This document shows positions 26,429-35,809 of a stretch of 64,000 bases of DNA, in pieces. The notes beneath the pieces were generated by a model. That model did not search any database. It was not told where the DNA came from and saw nothing but the letters and a program-made list of their open reading frames with translations. The translations under genes and the position numbers were made by a program. Position 1 is the first letter of the stretch. Each line of letters opens with the position of its first letter. Source of the stretch: Escherichia phage ETEC-TG; the sequence record OR786310.1. One strand, given 5' to 3'.

Positions 26429-26618
26429 GAATTATCACCGCTGGTTAGAAAGCTATCTTAAGAAATGTGAACTTGGTGTTCCAGGTTATACTTACGACAC
26501 GGACGAGATCCTTGATGAAATGGAAGTTTGGTTTAAAGAGCCTCGTGAACTATTGGAAAACATTCTAATGGCTTGGGATGGTACGGCACAAAGCATTGAA
26601 GGAGGTAGAAATGAGTAA
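26415..26618 (+). CDS. hypothetical protein (67 aa)
   Basis: ORF. Confidence 0.45.
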   Translation: MNGVKNYHRWLESYLKKCELGVPGYTYDTDEILDEMEVWFKEPRELLENILMAWDGTAQSIEGGRNE

Positions 26619-26763
26619 GAAATTGTTTAATATTCGTGAGAATCGTGATGGATCGTTCTCTGTAGTCAATGAGTTTAACGTTTCAGTTGGGACTTTTATT
26701 ACTAAACGTCAAGCAGAACAAGTAAGAGATACTTTAAACAAGTAAATTTTTAAGGGGGGACTT

Positions 26764-27183
26764 ATGTTAGGTAAGATCAAAGCCTTTTTCAAACGTATTA
26801 TCGAAGGAAGTCCAACAGAAGGTGCATTAGGAAGATCCCTAACAGGAGAACCACTTGCCATAATTTCTATCAGTCGGCATGGTGGATATTCCATTCGACA
26901 AACACCTTTAGGTATAAAAGGTAGTATGCTTTCTTGGACAATATCTCAAGTTGGTGATAACAGGCTTGCAGCTATAGCGTTACTTCGTGGGGAGTATGAC
27001 TACTGTTTATCAGCATCTTCTAAAAAGCACCTCATAGAGCACATTAGAGACAGAGTAGAAAGAGAAGGCGGATACTTCTTCGAAACTAAGAGAAACGAAC
27101 AAGGAACTCTTGACTTCACTAAGGTTTACTGGGACAATCATACTCGTCAAACTGTTGAACAACTTCTGGAGGAAAGATGTTAA
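26764..27183 (+). CDS. hypothetical protein (139 aa)
   Basis: ORF with SD AAGGGGGG. Confidence 0.5.
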   Translation: MLGKIKAFFKRIIEGSPTEGALGRSLTGEPLAIISISRHGGYSIRQTPLGIKGSMLSWTISQVGDNRLAAIALLRGEYDYCLSASSKKHLIEHIRDRVEREGGYFFETKRNEQGTLDFTKVYWDNHTRQTVEQLLEERC

Positions 27184-27386
27184 AAGCTTTTGCTGTATAC
27201 TCTACTGTAGGATTCTTTTATTGGATTATAGTTGTTGTTGGATGTTGGTTGGGTTCTTCTGTTGTGATGGGAGAATGGTTAACATACAATGTATTTGAAT
27301 GGGATGTAGTTTGTAGATCATTACTTGTTATATGGACTGCTATTGTTTGTTGGATAACTGTTAGTCTAACATTAGATCTATATTGA
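27177..27386 (+). CDS. small membrane protein (69 aa)
   Basis: Two hydrophobic segments; SD GGAGGAAAG. Confidence 0.45.
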   Translation: MLKAFAVYSTVGFFYWIIVVVGCWLGSSVVMGEWLTYNVFEWDVVCRSLLVIWTAIVCWITVSLTLDLY

Positions 27387-27433
27387 TTAATAGATGGTAG
27401 ATAGATGATCATAGTTTATCTACCTTCACTTAC

Positions 27434-27595
27434 GTTTCATACCTCACTATCGTGAGTAACATGAAACATTATTATATAGAAATCTACTACTCGCTATCGC
27501 TCGTAAACATATGTTTAGGGTACCATATTTTTTTGAAAAAGTCAATGCTGACTCACCTATCAATTATCCGTTTAAGATAAGTCTTACCTATCAAT
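27434..27595. repeat. Intergenic extended palindrome (27434-27467) and direct repeats ACCTATCAAT at 27555 and 27586
   Basis: Read from sequence in a 360-bp non-coding gap. Confidence 0.45.
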
Positions 27596-27679
27596 CTAAC
27601 TCTTAACTAGTATTGCACCTATAGTAAGACTATTCCTATAGTTATTAACCCTCTTCTTCTGTAGAATGTAATTAGATCC

Positions 27680-27708
27680 TTGACAAACTCACAAAGCTTG
27701 TGTTACAT
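27680..27708 (+). promoter_or_regulatory. Sigma70-like promoter (TTGACA, 17 nt, TTACAT)
   Basis: Read from sequence. Confidence 0.4.
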
Positions 27709-27746
27709 TGTGTCTCACAGGTGAATAATACCAAACAGGAGGAAGA

Positions 27747-27962
27747 ATGAGTTCCAATTTTCTATACAAAGCAAAAGATTCACGAGATGGAGAGAACCAT
27801 TGGTGGTTGATCACAGGAGATGGTGTTATCATCCTGCCGTGGGACGGAGAGACGAAAGTTCAAATACTAGAGAAAGTAAAAGGTGTTAGTTTTAATGTTA
27901 GTCATGACATAACAACTTTCAAAGCTTTTGCTATGAATCCTAGTCTTGTTGCTGAATGGTAA
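27747..27962 (+). CDS. hypothetical protein (71 aa)
   Basis: ORF with SD CAGGAGGAAG. Confidence 0.5.
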   Translation: MSSNFLYKAKDSRDGENHWWLITGDGVIILPWDGETKVQILEKVKGVSFNVSHDITTFKAFAMNPSLVAEW

Positions 27963-27975
27963 TCCAGGAGAAAAT

Positions 27976-28194
27976 ATGACTAAAATGTATGCAGCCGTTG
28001 ATAAGCTGGATGGGTCTGATTCTGTTTTTATTTTGAATAAAATGGGTGTCTTAGTTTATGCCCGAACTTCTCAAAACATAGAACACCAAGTGGAAGCAGC
28101 ACAAATTTTAGAGCAAATAACCCCTCCATACCTATACTCAAATGTTGAGCGTTTTAACGATGCACTTGGTTTGACGTTAATAGCGGAATGGTAA
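27976..28194 (+). CDS. hypothetical protein (72 aa)
   Basis: ATG 27976 after SD CAGGAGA. Confidence 0.5.
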   Translation: MTKMYAAVDKLDGSDSVFILNKMGVLVYARTSQNIEHQVEAAQILEQITPPYLYSNVERFNDALGLTLIAEW

Positions 28195-28196
28195 TA

Positions 28197-28394
28197 ATGG
28201 CGAAAATGTTGGAAATTGATAATGTCGTAACAATCACTACGTCCACACCTTGTTCTCCTATGCCTTGCCCCTATTGTGGTGGTGCAGGATATGTTATGGC
28301 GGATGTAGGTCAAATTTACGAGTGTAACCCGTGCAAAACCACAGGTTATATCCAAATAGAATCAGAGGAGAAACACTATGAGCCAAAACACTAA
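28197..28394 (+). CDS. zinc-ribbon-like small protein (65 aa)
   Basis: CPYCGG...CNPC cysteine pairs. Confidence 0.45.
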   Translation: MAKMLEIDNVVTITTSTPCSPMPCPYCGGAGYVMADVGQIYECNPCKTTGYIQIESEEKHYEPKH

Positions 28395-28827
28395 AGAAAA
28401 AGAAGTAATCACGGTAATCCGTCAGATGGAAGGTGCCGAAAACAATGCTTTTGTTACTAAGATTCTTCTTAATATCTTTGAAGATGTTATTTTAAACAAT
28501 CCTGGTCATAAAGATTATCAGTATGATGTTATGATGGGTGCTTTGCTTGAGATTAACAAAAACACTTTTGCTGAATATGAGCAACACATGCTTTTACCAG
28601 AGGAAGATCAGGATTATTTGTTATCTGGTGCTTTAAGTGCACAAGAAAATTTCTACCACGTTCTTAATATGGCTTATGCAGATGAACTTGCTGTTTCCCT
28701 TGAAGAGCGTATTCAAATGGTTCGTGATGTGATGAATGAACAAATCCAAGAAGTTGAAGACTTGGTAGCAGAACCTTTAGCAGAAATTCGTGCAGCTATT
28801 GAAAAACAAAAAGGAACTCAATCATGA
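28378..28827 (+). CDS. hypothetical protein (149 aa)
   Basis: ORF with SD AGAGGAGAA. Confidence 0.5.
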   Translation: MSQNTKEKEVITVIRQMEGAENNAFVTKILLNIFEDVILNNPGHKDYQYDVMMGALLEINKNTFAEYEQHMLLPEEDQDYLLSGALSAQENFYHVLNMAYADELAVSLEERIQMVRDVMNEQIQEVEDLVAEPLAEIRAAIEKQKGTQS

Positions 28828-28987
28828 TGCAAGTAGGTGATGTGGTTTGCCTTAAAGGTGCAAACAAACAAATGACAGTAATAGAAAGTTATGGTGAATC
28901 TTGTAAAGTAACTTGGTTCGATGAAAACGGGGAATTGCAACACGCTATATTCGATCAAAAAGCTTTGAGGAAGGTTGAAGAAAAAGA

Positions 28988-29251
28988 ATGAACCATCCGT
29001 CAATATTTTTCTGTTTTGTAGATCTTGAAAACGAGTCTTTAATCGTTGATAGTGAGGGTTACTTCACTTATTGGGAATCCGAGCACGAAACTATAAGTGT
29101 AGTGAAAGAAATTATGCAAACCAATCCAAACCTACCAGCGCATAAGTACGGTATTGCAAAAGTGTTTGTTACTAAAACAGAGTACACAAAAGAGCGAAGC
29201 ACTTTGTACCATAATATTGAAGTGATTCACTATTTCAAAGATGTTATTTAG
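28988..29251 (+). CDS. hypothetical protein (87 aa)
   Basis: ORF. Confidence 0.45.
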   Translation: MNHPSIFFCFVDLENESLIVDSEGYFTYWESEHETISVVKEIMQTNPNLPAHKYGIAKVFVTKTEYTKERSTLYHNIEVIHYFKDVI

Positions 29252-29259
29252 GAGGTTAT

Positions 29260-29868
29260 ATGGAAGAGAAGATTTGGGATGGTAAAGATCCTTTAGAAGT
29301 TGGACACGTAGCGCGTGTCAAAAAATCTACCACAGGTCCTGGTTTTTCTGGTTTGTATCATATACCAGAAGAAGGTCAGCACGTTACAATTTTGGCTCGT
29401 GACAAACAAAACGGAGCAACGCCTGTGTGGATTGTTCGTTGGTATGACAAAGATCTTAACATTTGCTTGTCACCTATTATGGCTCATTTGCTGGAAGCCC
29501 CTTGCTCTGAAGAAGCTCTAATTTTTGTTTCGGCTTTTCAGAAAGCCACAGGTTTAACATTAGATGCAAAAGATGTGCAAAAAGCATTTGACATTATTCA
29601 GGAAGACAACGATACTACATCTAACGACGAACTGGTTGAAGTTACAATCTTATCTTCAGCAGATATCCGAGAGATTGATAATTGTGATTTTCCAATCACA
29701 TTTAAAATGTCGCAGAAAGACATGCAGTCATCTGGAAGTTGTTTTGGTATACCTCGTTGGTTTTTTGATTCTATCAAAAATTCTACTACAGAGGGATCAG
29801 ACTATGATCAAGATGACGTGCTTTGGTTCTTAAAAAACCGAGAGATTGTTCTCTCACCACTTAAATAA
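29260..29868 (+). CDS. hypothetical protein (202 aa)
   Basis: ORF with SD TAGGAGG. Confidence 0.55.
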   Translation: MEEKIWDGKDPLEVGHVARVKKSTTGPGFSGLYHIPEEGQHVTILARDKQNGATPVWIVRWYDKDLNICLSPIMAHLLEAPCSEEALIFVSAFQKATGLTLDAKDVQKAFDIIQEDNDTTSNDELVEVTILSSADIREIDNCDFPITFKMSQKDMQSSGSCFGIPRWFFDSIKNSTTEGSDYDQDDVLWFLKNREIVLSPLK

Positions 29869-30031
29869 GGAGAAATAATGGTTTCATTTATCGTAGGTGT
29901 AGTTGTAGGCTATCTTATTAACAAATATCAAGACGTTATCACGGCAAAAGTAAAAGACATTTTAGACTCATCTAAATAATCTATCAAAGCTGCATCTTCA
30001 ATAGGTGCAGCCTTTTAAAAGGAGATATGGC

Positions 30032-30205
30032 ATGACTAAACGCACTGATTTTAAATGTATGCATTGTGGGAAATCTTTTGGGGATCATCAAGCTCGCACA
30101 TTCAACTGTCCACGTAAAGGTCGCGGAAATTTTAAAGGTTTTAATCCCGCACATGTTTATTCTCCAGATTACGATAAGCCAGAAGAAGAAAAATTTGTTA
30201 TTTAA
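30032..30205 (+). CDS. small zinc-finger-like protein (57 aa)
   Basis: CMHCG...CPRKG; ATG 30032 after SD AAGGAG. Confidence 0.45.
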   Translation: MTKRTDFKCMHCGKSFGDHQARTFNCPRKGRGNFKGFNPAHVYSPDYDKPEEEKFVI

Positions 30206-30217
30206 TAAGGAGGTCAT

Positions 30218-30499
30218 ATGGAACTCGTTCAAGAACTGTATAATGCTTTAGGAGCAAAAGGAAAAGATTGGCCCGAACATGCGCTTATTGCTATAAGAGA
30301 CTCCGATGGTGAGATTAAGTTTTCAAGCGTAAGTAAAGAGCACATCGTAGAAACAAAACTGGGTATTTACATGCGTGGAACTTATTGTTTATTCAACACC
30401 AGAATGGTAGAAGCTCCTGTTATTGAAGATGGAACAAAAGATTGCCCCACAATCGTAACAAAAGCTGAATATGAGAAGTTTTTCTACGCTAAGGCTTGA
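30218..30499 (+). CDS. hypothetical protein (93 aa)
   Basis: ORF with SD AAGGAGG. Confidence 0.5.
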   Translation: MELVQELYNALGAKGKDWPEHALIAIRDSDGEIKFSSVSKEHIVETKLGIYMRGTYCLFNTRMVEAPVIEDGTKDCPTIVTKAEYEKFFYAKA

Positions 30500-30544
30500 C
30501 ACAGAAACAATACTATAGGATAGTGATCCTATCGTAGCAATAGA

Positions 30545-30566
30545 ACCCGCTTCGGCGGGTTTTTTC
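30545..30566 (+). terminator. Rho-independent terminator with UUCG tetraloop (ACCCGC-TTCG-GCGGGT + TTTTT)
   Basis: Hairpin plus T-run after ORF 30218-30499. Confidence 0.6.
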
Positions 30567-30590
30567 ATATCTGTAGCAATAGGAGGTCGT

Positions 30591-30821
30591 GTGTTAAATA
30601 AAATCGAAGAAGGTTGTATGGCATTTTTGGTAGATAACCCGTTTCCCTTTATGGTTAAGGTCCATGTAGGAGAGTATTTAGGTTATGACGAATGGGATTG
30701 TAGTATCAATAGTGAAATGCACCACTACCAACCAACAATACTTAAGACGGATCAAATGGCGCGTATTACAGTAGAGGATGAATTGATCATTGAGTTATAC
30801 GAGAGAGCACTACACAAGTAA
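30591..30821 (+). CDS. hypothetical protein (76 aa), GTG start
   Basis: ORF with SD AGGAGG. Confidence 0.45.
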   Translation: MLNKIEEGCMAFLVDNPFPFMVKVHVGEYLGYDEWDCSINSEMHHYQPTILKTDQMARITVEDELIIELYERALHK

Positions 30822-30864
30822 GCTAGAACCCACCTAAATCGAACAGAGACGCTCTAAAATAGAA

Positions 30865-30894
30865 AAGGCACCCACTTGGGTGCCTTTGTTTTAT
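30865..30894. terminator. Bidirectional terminator (AAGGCACCCA-CTT-GGGTGCCTT flanked by T-run on one side and A-run on the other) at the convergence point
   Basis: Hairpin with U-tract in either transcript; plus- and minus-strand gene blocks meet here. Confidence 0.6.
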
Positions 30895-30905
30895 TCTTCG
30901 TTAGA

Positions 30906-31163
30906 TTACGTTTCAGACGCGTTAAATTCGGTTTCAGTACAACTTGCTAGGTAACTTATGTTTTGCATCACTACAACTACAGGTGTTTGAAGTTTATCTT
31001 CTAACCCCGCAGCCACTTGAGCCAAGGCATTATCAATATTTGATTTCCTAACGCCTGTTCCATGTCCTGTTGCCAAGTAAAGATTACCTTCGCCTTTTTG
31101 TGTGGCATTGGCAAAGTAGTAAACGTAATGTGCAAGGTAGTAATCACGGATTTCTTCAGTCAT
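30906..31163 (-). CDS. hypothetical protein (85 aa)
   Basis: ORF with SD. Confidence 0.5.
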   Translation of the reverse strand: MTEEIRDYYLAHYVYYFANATQKGEGNLYLATGHGTGVRKSNIDNALAQVAAGLEDKLQTPVVVVMQNISYLASCTETEFNASET

Positions 31164-31181
31164 TTTATTCTCCTAATAAGA

Positions 31182-31199
31182 AAGGGGCCGAAGCCCCTT
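31182..31199 (-). terminator. Intergenic GGGGC-UUCG-GCCCC hairpin (minus-strand transcript)
   Basis: One of three identical GGGGCCGAAGCCCC elements between minus-strand genes. Confidence 0.45.
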
Positions 31200-31206
31200 G
31201 AGTGGT

Positions 31207-32022
31207 TTATTTGTTTAAGTGGTCTTCGACCATTTTAATGAAACCTTCATTGCTGAAGGCTGTTGCAGCTTTTTCTCGGTAAACAAAAACTCCACGATCT
31301 TCATAGAGAAGTGTTTCTTCGTAATTAACTCCAGGGTTAACTACAACCATTTTTGTACCCATACTAAGTGCAGGAAATAATTCCCAATTAAAATTGATAA
31401 CTTGGTTTGAACATCCTACTACTACAACCAAATCTTGCATGGTCAAAGTATCGAACAAGTGAGCCATATCTGCATACAAAGGTGCAGCCTCACCAAAAAA
31501 TACAACATTAGGCTTCACCCAGTTATAATCATCTATGTTTATACTATTGTAACCGATATCTACCAGTGTTTTGTAATCTCCAGGATGCATACGGTAAACC
31601 ACTTCAGGAAGATATCCGTGCACGTGAATAACAGAATCTCTGTCTACACCTGCTCGCTCTAGTAGATCATCAACGTTTGTTGTCAAGTTTACTACTTGGT
31701 TAGGATATTCTTTAAACCATTTTGCTATTTGAATATGTGCAGCATTAGGCTGTACATCTTTAAGTTCAACACGTCTTTTGTTATAAAATTCGTGTGTTTT
31801 GGCATACAAATCCATGCCGTTCTCGTCTACACCACCGACCACTGGAAGATCTGGAGATGTTCTAACACGATAACCTGCTTGGAAAGCTCCAATATCGCAG
31901 ACCTCTTCTAAATCATATTCTTCCCATAAGGCACGACCACTGTCGGTGTCTGTTCGGAATGTTCTAATACCACTATCTGCACTTAAACCTGCACCGCTTA
32001 CAAAAATCACTCGTCTTGGCAT
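31207..32022 (-). CDS. SIR2 (sirtuin)-family protein, without a zinc ribbon
   Basis: GAGLSADSGIRTFR, PNAAHIQIA, TTNVDDLLERAG, HVHG, KPNVVFFGE, VVVGCSNQV; no CxxC pairs. Confidence 0.65.
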   Translation of the reverse strand: MPRRVIFVSGAGLSADSGIRTFRTDTDSGRALWEEYDLEEVCDIGAFQAGYRVRTSPDLPVVGGVDENGMDLYAKTHEFYNKRRVELKDVQPNAAHIQIAKWFKEYPNQVVNLTTNVDDLLERAGVDRDSVIHVHGYLPEVVYRMHPGDYKTLVDIGYNSINIDDYNWVKPNVVFFGEAAPLYADMAHLFDTLTMQDLVVVVGCSNQVINFNWELFPALSMGTKMVVVNPGVNYEETLLYEDRGVFVYREKAATAFSNEGFIKMVEDHLNK

Positions 32023-32492
32023 TCTTCCTCCTCAAATGGATCATAAGAATCGTACTCGTAAGTATCATCTTCTGAAAATTCTACTTCGAAATAAATATCA
32101 AACTCTGCAAACAGACGTAGGATGTTAGACATGCTGTAATAATTATCGTAGGCAGATTCAGCTTCATAGTAAACATAAAGCAAATGGTTAGCCTTATCAT
32201 CTTCCAAATATTTCCCGTCTGCATACGCATAGTCTGCATATGCTTTACCTGCATCTTCCACAAGAGAACGATCAAGCAGAGTAGGAAATGGTTTCTCTTT
32301 TTCTTTTAGTTTGCTCACCAACCAATGTGCAATATCATTCCATTCTGCATCCATACCACTAAAGCAACTTGCTTCTTCTCCAAAAGAAGCTTCTCCTAAA
32401 TCGCCACTAATACGAACAACATTAGATGAATTATAGCCACACGTTTCACAATCAGAGTAACTATTATGCACATTGACATTTACTTGAAACAT
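32007..32492 (-). CDS. hypothetical acidic protein (161 aa)
   Basis: ORF. Confidence 0.5.
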   Translation of the reverse strand: MFQVNVNVHNSYSDCETCGYNSSNVVRISGDLGEASFGEEASCFSGMDAEWNDIAHWLVSKLKEKEKPFPTLLDRSLVEDAGKAYADYAYADGKYLEDDKANHLLYVYYEAESAYDNYYSMSNILRLFAEFDIYFEVEFSEDDTYEYDSYDPFEEEECQDE

Positions 32493-32550
32493 ATTCCCTC
32501 CTATAAAAGAAAAGCCCCCTGAAACAGGAGGCTTTGTTCAGATATCGGCA

Positions 32551-33204
32551 CTATACCAGACTTTCAAGGTATTTGTCAAGGGCTTCTTGATCACCTTGAC
32601 AAACATAGCAACGGAAGTCTTGAGCCGAAGGTTGTTTATTTTCATCCCAGTCCCAATAAACATTACCCTTATAACGTGAACCAGGAAACTCAAAAGAGGC
32701 TGTATGTGTAATGTACCCTGGGCCACCAGTGAAATCACAGAATGAGAATTGGGGGTATGCCGCCTTTACTGCCTCAATAAACCAAGCTTTACGATCTAAA
32801 GCTTCATTGATGCTATACGCATGTCTCTCCATTTCTTCCCACGTTTTCCAGACACTTCTCTCATCAGGAGAAAAGACAAGCCATTCTGGAAGGTATAGAG
32901 TGTCATAGTAATCATCATATTCGATCTCGGAGGCGCACGAAGCTGACTCCTCCAGTTTTGAGTAATCAAAAGCAGAATATACCCACCAACCATCTTCCAG
33001 TAAGGCTTTGATAGGGACGAAGCCTTTATCAGCATATTGATCGAATTGTTTGACACGGTGGCTTGTGCAGTCTTCAAACTCACATTCTAAACGATATGCA
33101 CCTTTTCGACGAGCCTCAAGACCGTGTGTACTGAAAATAACAACACTTCCTTCACCATCATTACGATCTACTTGATAAGCAACCACTGGTTTTGAATTTG
33201 ACAT
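32551..33204 (-). CDS. hypothetical protein (217 aa)
   Basis: ORF. Confidence 0.5.
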   Translation of the reverse strand: MSNSKPVVAYQVDRNDGEGSVVIFSTHGLEARRKGAYRLECEFEDCTSHRVKQFDQYADKGFVPIKALLEDGWWVYSAFDYSKLEESASCASEIEYDDYYDTLYLPEWLVFSPDERSVWKTWEEMERHAYSINEALDRKAWFIEAVKAAYPQFSFCDFTGGPGYITHTASFEFPGSRYKGNVYWDWDENKQPSAQDFRCYVCQGDQEALDKYLESLV

Positions 33205-33887
33205 TATTTCTCCTTATCTAGAAGATTGTTAGACAAAAACACTGCACGAGCAAAACCACGTGCGGTTAGTGATCTAAGTTGTTTTGTTTTTGCACTAGCT
33301 CCACCTAAGCTTTTCCAACCCCAGAAGCAGCCTATATGATCTACTGGTTTCTTCACTGGTTGAACAAAACCGTTGCCGTGCCAAATACAAGTTTTCTTTG
33401 TATACCCATCACGGGTAGGCATTTTAGGATGAAAGCTTCCTTCCTCTTCAAACAAATACCCACCATACTCATAAGGATCAAAGTAAAAATCGGGTTTACG
33501 CCATAAGGTTGAAAGTTTACCTACTGGGTTCTCAATCATCCAAGGAACATTATATTTGTTACCCAAAGCTTCCACTACACGAATATTAGCTAAAGCTTCA
33601 TCCAATGCCTCTGTGCTGCGTTCGTGTTTGCTACCACTACCTGCTAACATAGTGCAAGGTGGAAATCCAAAAATAATATCGGGTTTAGGTATCCCATGAT
33701 CTTCAGGGTTGAATGTAGAATCTATCCAGGCATTCACATAGGTTATGTTTGGGTGCTCCATCCTAACCTCGTATTTACCGTGATCCCCTTCATCAGCGTT
33801 TACACAAAAACATTTGTGACCTGCTTCGGCATAACGTAACACCATGATCCCAGATCCGTCAAACATAGACAAAACTGTTTTACTCAT
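33204..33887 (-). CDS. DNA cytosine-5 methyltransferase-like protein (227 aa)
   Basis: Motif I LSMFDGSG, motif IV GFPPC, motif VI MIENPVG; start moved to ATG 33887 after SD GGAGGG. Confidence 0.5.
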   Translation of the reverse strand: MSKTVLSMFDGSGIMVLRYAEAGHKCFCVNADEGDHGKYEVRMEHPNITYVNAWIDSTFNPEDHGIPKPDIIFGFPPCTMLAGSGSKHERSTEALDEALANIRVVEALGNKYNVPWMIENPVGKLSTLWRKPDFYFDPYEYGGYLFEEEGSFHPKMPTRDGYTKKTCIWHGNGFVQPVKKPVDHIGCFWGWKSLGGASAKTKQLRSLTARGFARAVFLSNNLLDKEK

Positions 33888-34293
33888 TACCCCTCCATTC
33901 AAGACAAGCCATAACTTTACGCCAATCACTTTCTGTAAGAAAAATCTCGTTTGCTTTCTTCCACAAATCTAAATCGTGAAGGGTTGGAATACGATATGTT
34001 AGTTCACAGAATCTATGCTCTTCTTCTGTAATATAACCAAAATGCAGAGCCACATCGTGAAACCAACACCAACCATGCATCTCTCGAACAACATGGTCAT
34101 GTTGAGACATTATTTTATGCCGTAAACCTAACCAACAAGGAACAGATACTTTAGTAGTCTTTAATCTGTGATCAACAGTATTAGAGTATTCAATAATAGC
34201 TGTCAGTTTCAATCGTGCTTTTTCTAAATCCTCATGGGTCACTTTGAAATAACTTTCTGAAAGATATCCACACATATTAATAACCTCCTTCAA
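33880..34293 (-). CDS. hypothetical protein (137 aa)
   Basis: ORF. Confidence 0.5.
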   Translation of the reverse strand: MKEVINMCGYLSESYFKVTHEDLEKARLKLTAIIEYSNTVDHRLKTTKVSVPCWLGLRHKIMSQHDHVVREMHGWCWFHDVALHFGYITEEEHRFCELTYRIPTLHDLDLWKKANEIFLTESDWRKVMACLEWRGNE

Positions 34294-35218
34294 AAGGCTT
34301 AACTACATGTTGATTAGCTTTAAAACGTTCAACATAGTCGTTTTCGCCCATGTTTTCATATAGCTTAGTAATAACATAAAAGTTTTCCCAAGCATATTCC
34401 CTAAACCAACCACTAGTGATGGATGTGCAGACTTTAGATAAAGCCATTATAAAACTTTGCTTAGGGGTTGGACCTCCGATCTCTTCACCGAAAGGAATTT
34501 GTGAACGTTCCAAAGCCAAAACACACGCTTCTTCATAAACACCTAACAGGCGCACATGTTTTGGTTGAGCAAAAAACTTTTCTTTGCTGGTCATAACTTC
34601 ACTTCCATCTTTCATATAAGATTTATATGCTGGAGCATCCATTACCGCGATTGCTTCATGGATAGAATCATGATCATAAACATACGGAACCTCATCACCT
34701 TTAAAGAAGTCTTTACTTTTTACGTTTAAGTTCGGATGAGAGTAAGTGTATGTTTCTTTCTCACGCAACTCATAAATACTCTTAAGATTTTCTGGGATCT
34801 TTGCACCCAGTGACCGCATGAAATGAATATCTTTCATAGTTTTAAAGAAGTGAGGACTATCCTTTTTAAAACGATGACTCATTTTAAGAAGGTAGAGCAC
34901 ATCTAAAGGAGCAACAACATGTCCAGCGTAAGTTCGACGAACATCATCAGAATCTTCACAATAACTAATCAAAGCTTCTGTGCTATCTCCTTGAGAAGCA
35001 ATATCGTATTCCAAATGTGCACCAGCTATCATTTTGACATGGCCTTTGTTTCCTTTACGTTCTACAAGTTCAACAAACTCATCTTGAGAGAACATTTTTG
35101 ATAATTCTTCCCACTCTTGTTCTGTACACAGGTAATCTAAATCTACACAAGGGCGATACAAGTCTTTTCCCATGTCCATAGCATGAATTTGTAATGCACG
35201 GCTACCAATTAACACCAT
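34277..35218 (-). CDS. hypothetical protein, possible minimal nucleotidyltransferase fold (313 aa)
   Basis: N-terminal LIGSRAL...VDLDY weakly resembles a GS...DxD nucleotidyltransferase motif. Confidence 0.3.
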   Translation of the reverse strand: MVLIGSRALQIHAMDMGKDLYRPCVDLDYLCTEQEWEELSKMFSQDEFVELVERKGNKGHVKMIAGAHLEYDIASQGDSTEALISYCEDSDDVRRTYAGHVVAPLDVLYLLKMSHRFKKDSPHFFKTMKDIHFMRSLGAKIPENLKSIYELREKETYTYSHPNLNVKSKDFFKGDEVPYVYDHDSIHEAIAVMDAPAYKSYMKDGSEVMTSKEKFFAQPKHVRLLGVYEEACVLALERSQIPFGEEIGGPTPKQSFIMALSKVCTSITSGWFREYAWENFYVITKLYENMGENDYVERFKANQHVVKPFEGGY

Positions 35219-35282
35219 AATATTTCTCCTCTATTGGTTGATAGGTTAAGTTTATCAAGCTTCCAGATTCCTGTCAATAAAA

Positions 35283-35300
35283 AACCCGCCGAAGCGGGTT
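35283..35300 (-). terminator. Intergenic CCCGC-UUCG-GCGGG hairpin (minus-strand transcript)
   Basis: Read from sequence. Confidence 0.4.
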
Positions 35301-35308
35301 ATTATTTA

Positions 35309-35581
35309 CTAACACATTGAGGAAGAAGAGATCCAAACACCTCTTGTGGTTAAACCATTTTCATCCAACTCTACACCATAATCTTCACAAATGAAATCAA
35401 TATAGTGATCTGCGGCTGGCGTTCCTGTAGGGTAATAAGTTTCTCCGTTACCGTAGTCACCTATCCAAGCTTGTTCCTGAAACTGTTCACAAAGTTCTTC
35501 AATTTCCTTACGAAACTTTCTTTGTGCTTGTTCCATCTCTTTAACTTTCTTTTTTATCAGCAGTTCGCCTTCAGACTCCAC
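35309..35581 (-). CDS. small acidic protein, C-terminus GVWISSSSMC (family B)
   Basis: ORF with SD AAGGAGGG, GTG start. Confidence 0.5.
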   Translation of the reverse strand: MESEGELLIKKKVKEMEQAQRKFRKEIEELCEQFQEQAWIGDYGNGETYYPTGTPAADHYIDFICEDYGVELDENGLTTRGVWISSSSMC

Positions 35582-35590
35582 AATCCCTCC

Positions 35591-35809
35591 TTAACAGCTA
35601 CTACTGTGCCAAACGCCTTGAGAATTAACGACGAAACCATCATCACCTTCACCATAACAAGAAGAGGATTGCCAATCTTCAAAACAGATTGCGTCATTTT
35701 CTAAACTAAGACCAAAACCAGCATCTTCAGCTTCTTTTGTAAGTTCGTCCACTAAAGCCATAATAGCTTGGGCTTTTTCAGTTAATTCTTCAACATTACG
35801 ATCACTCAT
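35591..35809 (-). CDS. small acidic protein with two WxSSSC motifs (family B)
   Basis: ATG 35809 after SD GAGGAGA. Confidence 0.5.
   Translation of the reverse strand: MSDRNVEELTEKAQAIMALVDELTKEAEDAGFGLSLENDAICFEDWQSSSCYGEGDDGFVVNSQGVWHSSSC

Noticed and set aside
13571..30232. Other minus-strand track ORFs inside the plus-strand block (for example 13571-13900, 13897-14334, 23848-24192, 19979-20386, 29984-30232)
   Set aside because: They are antisense shadows of co-directional plus-strand genes with SD-coupled starts.
33204..33929. Track start at 33929 for the cytosine methyltransferase-like gene
   Set aside because: That start overlaps the upstream gene and has no SD; ATG 33887 follows a GGAGGG SD and begins right at motif I.
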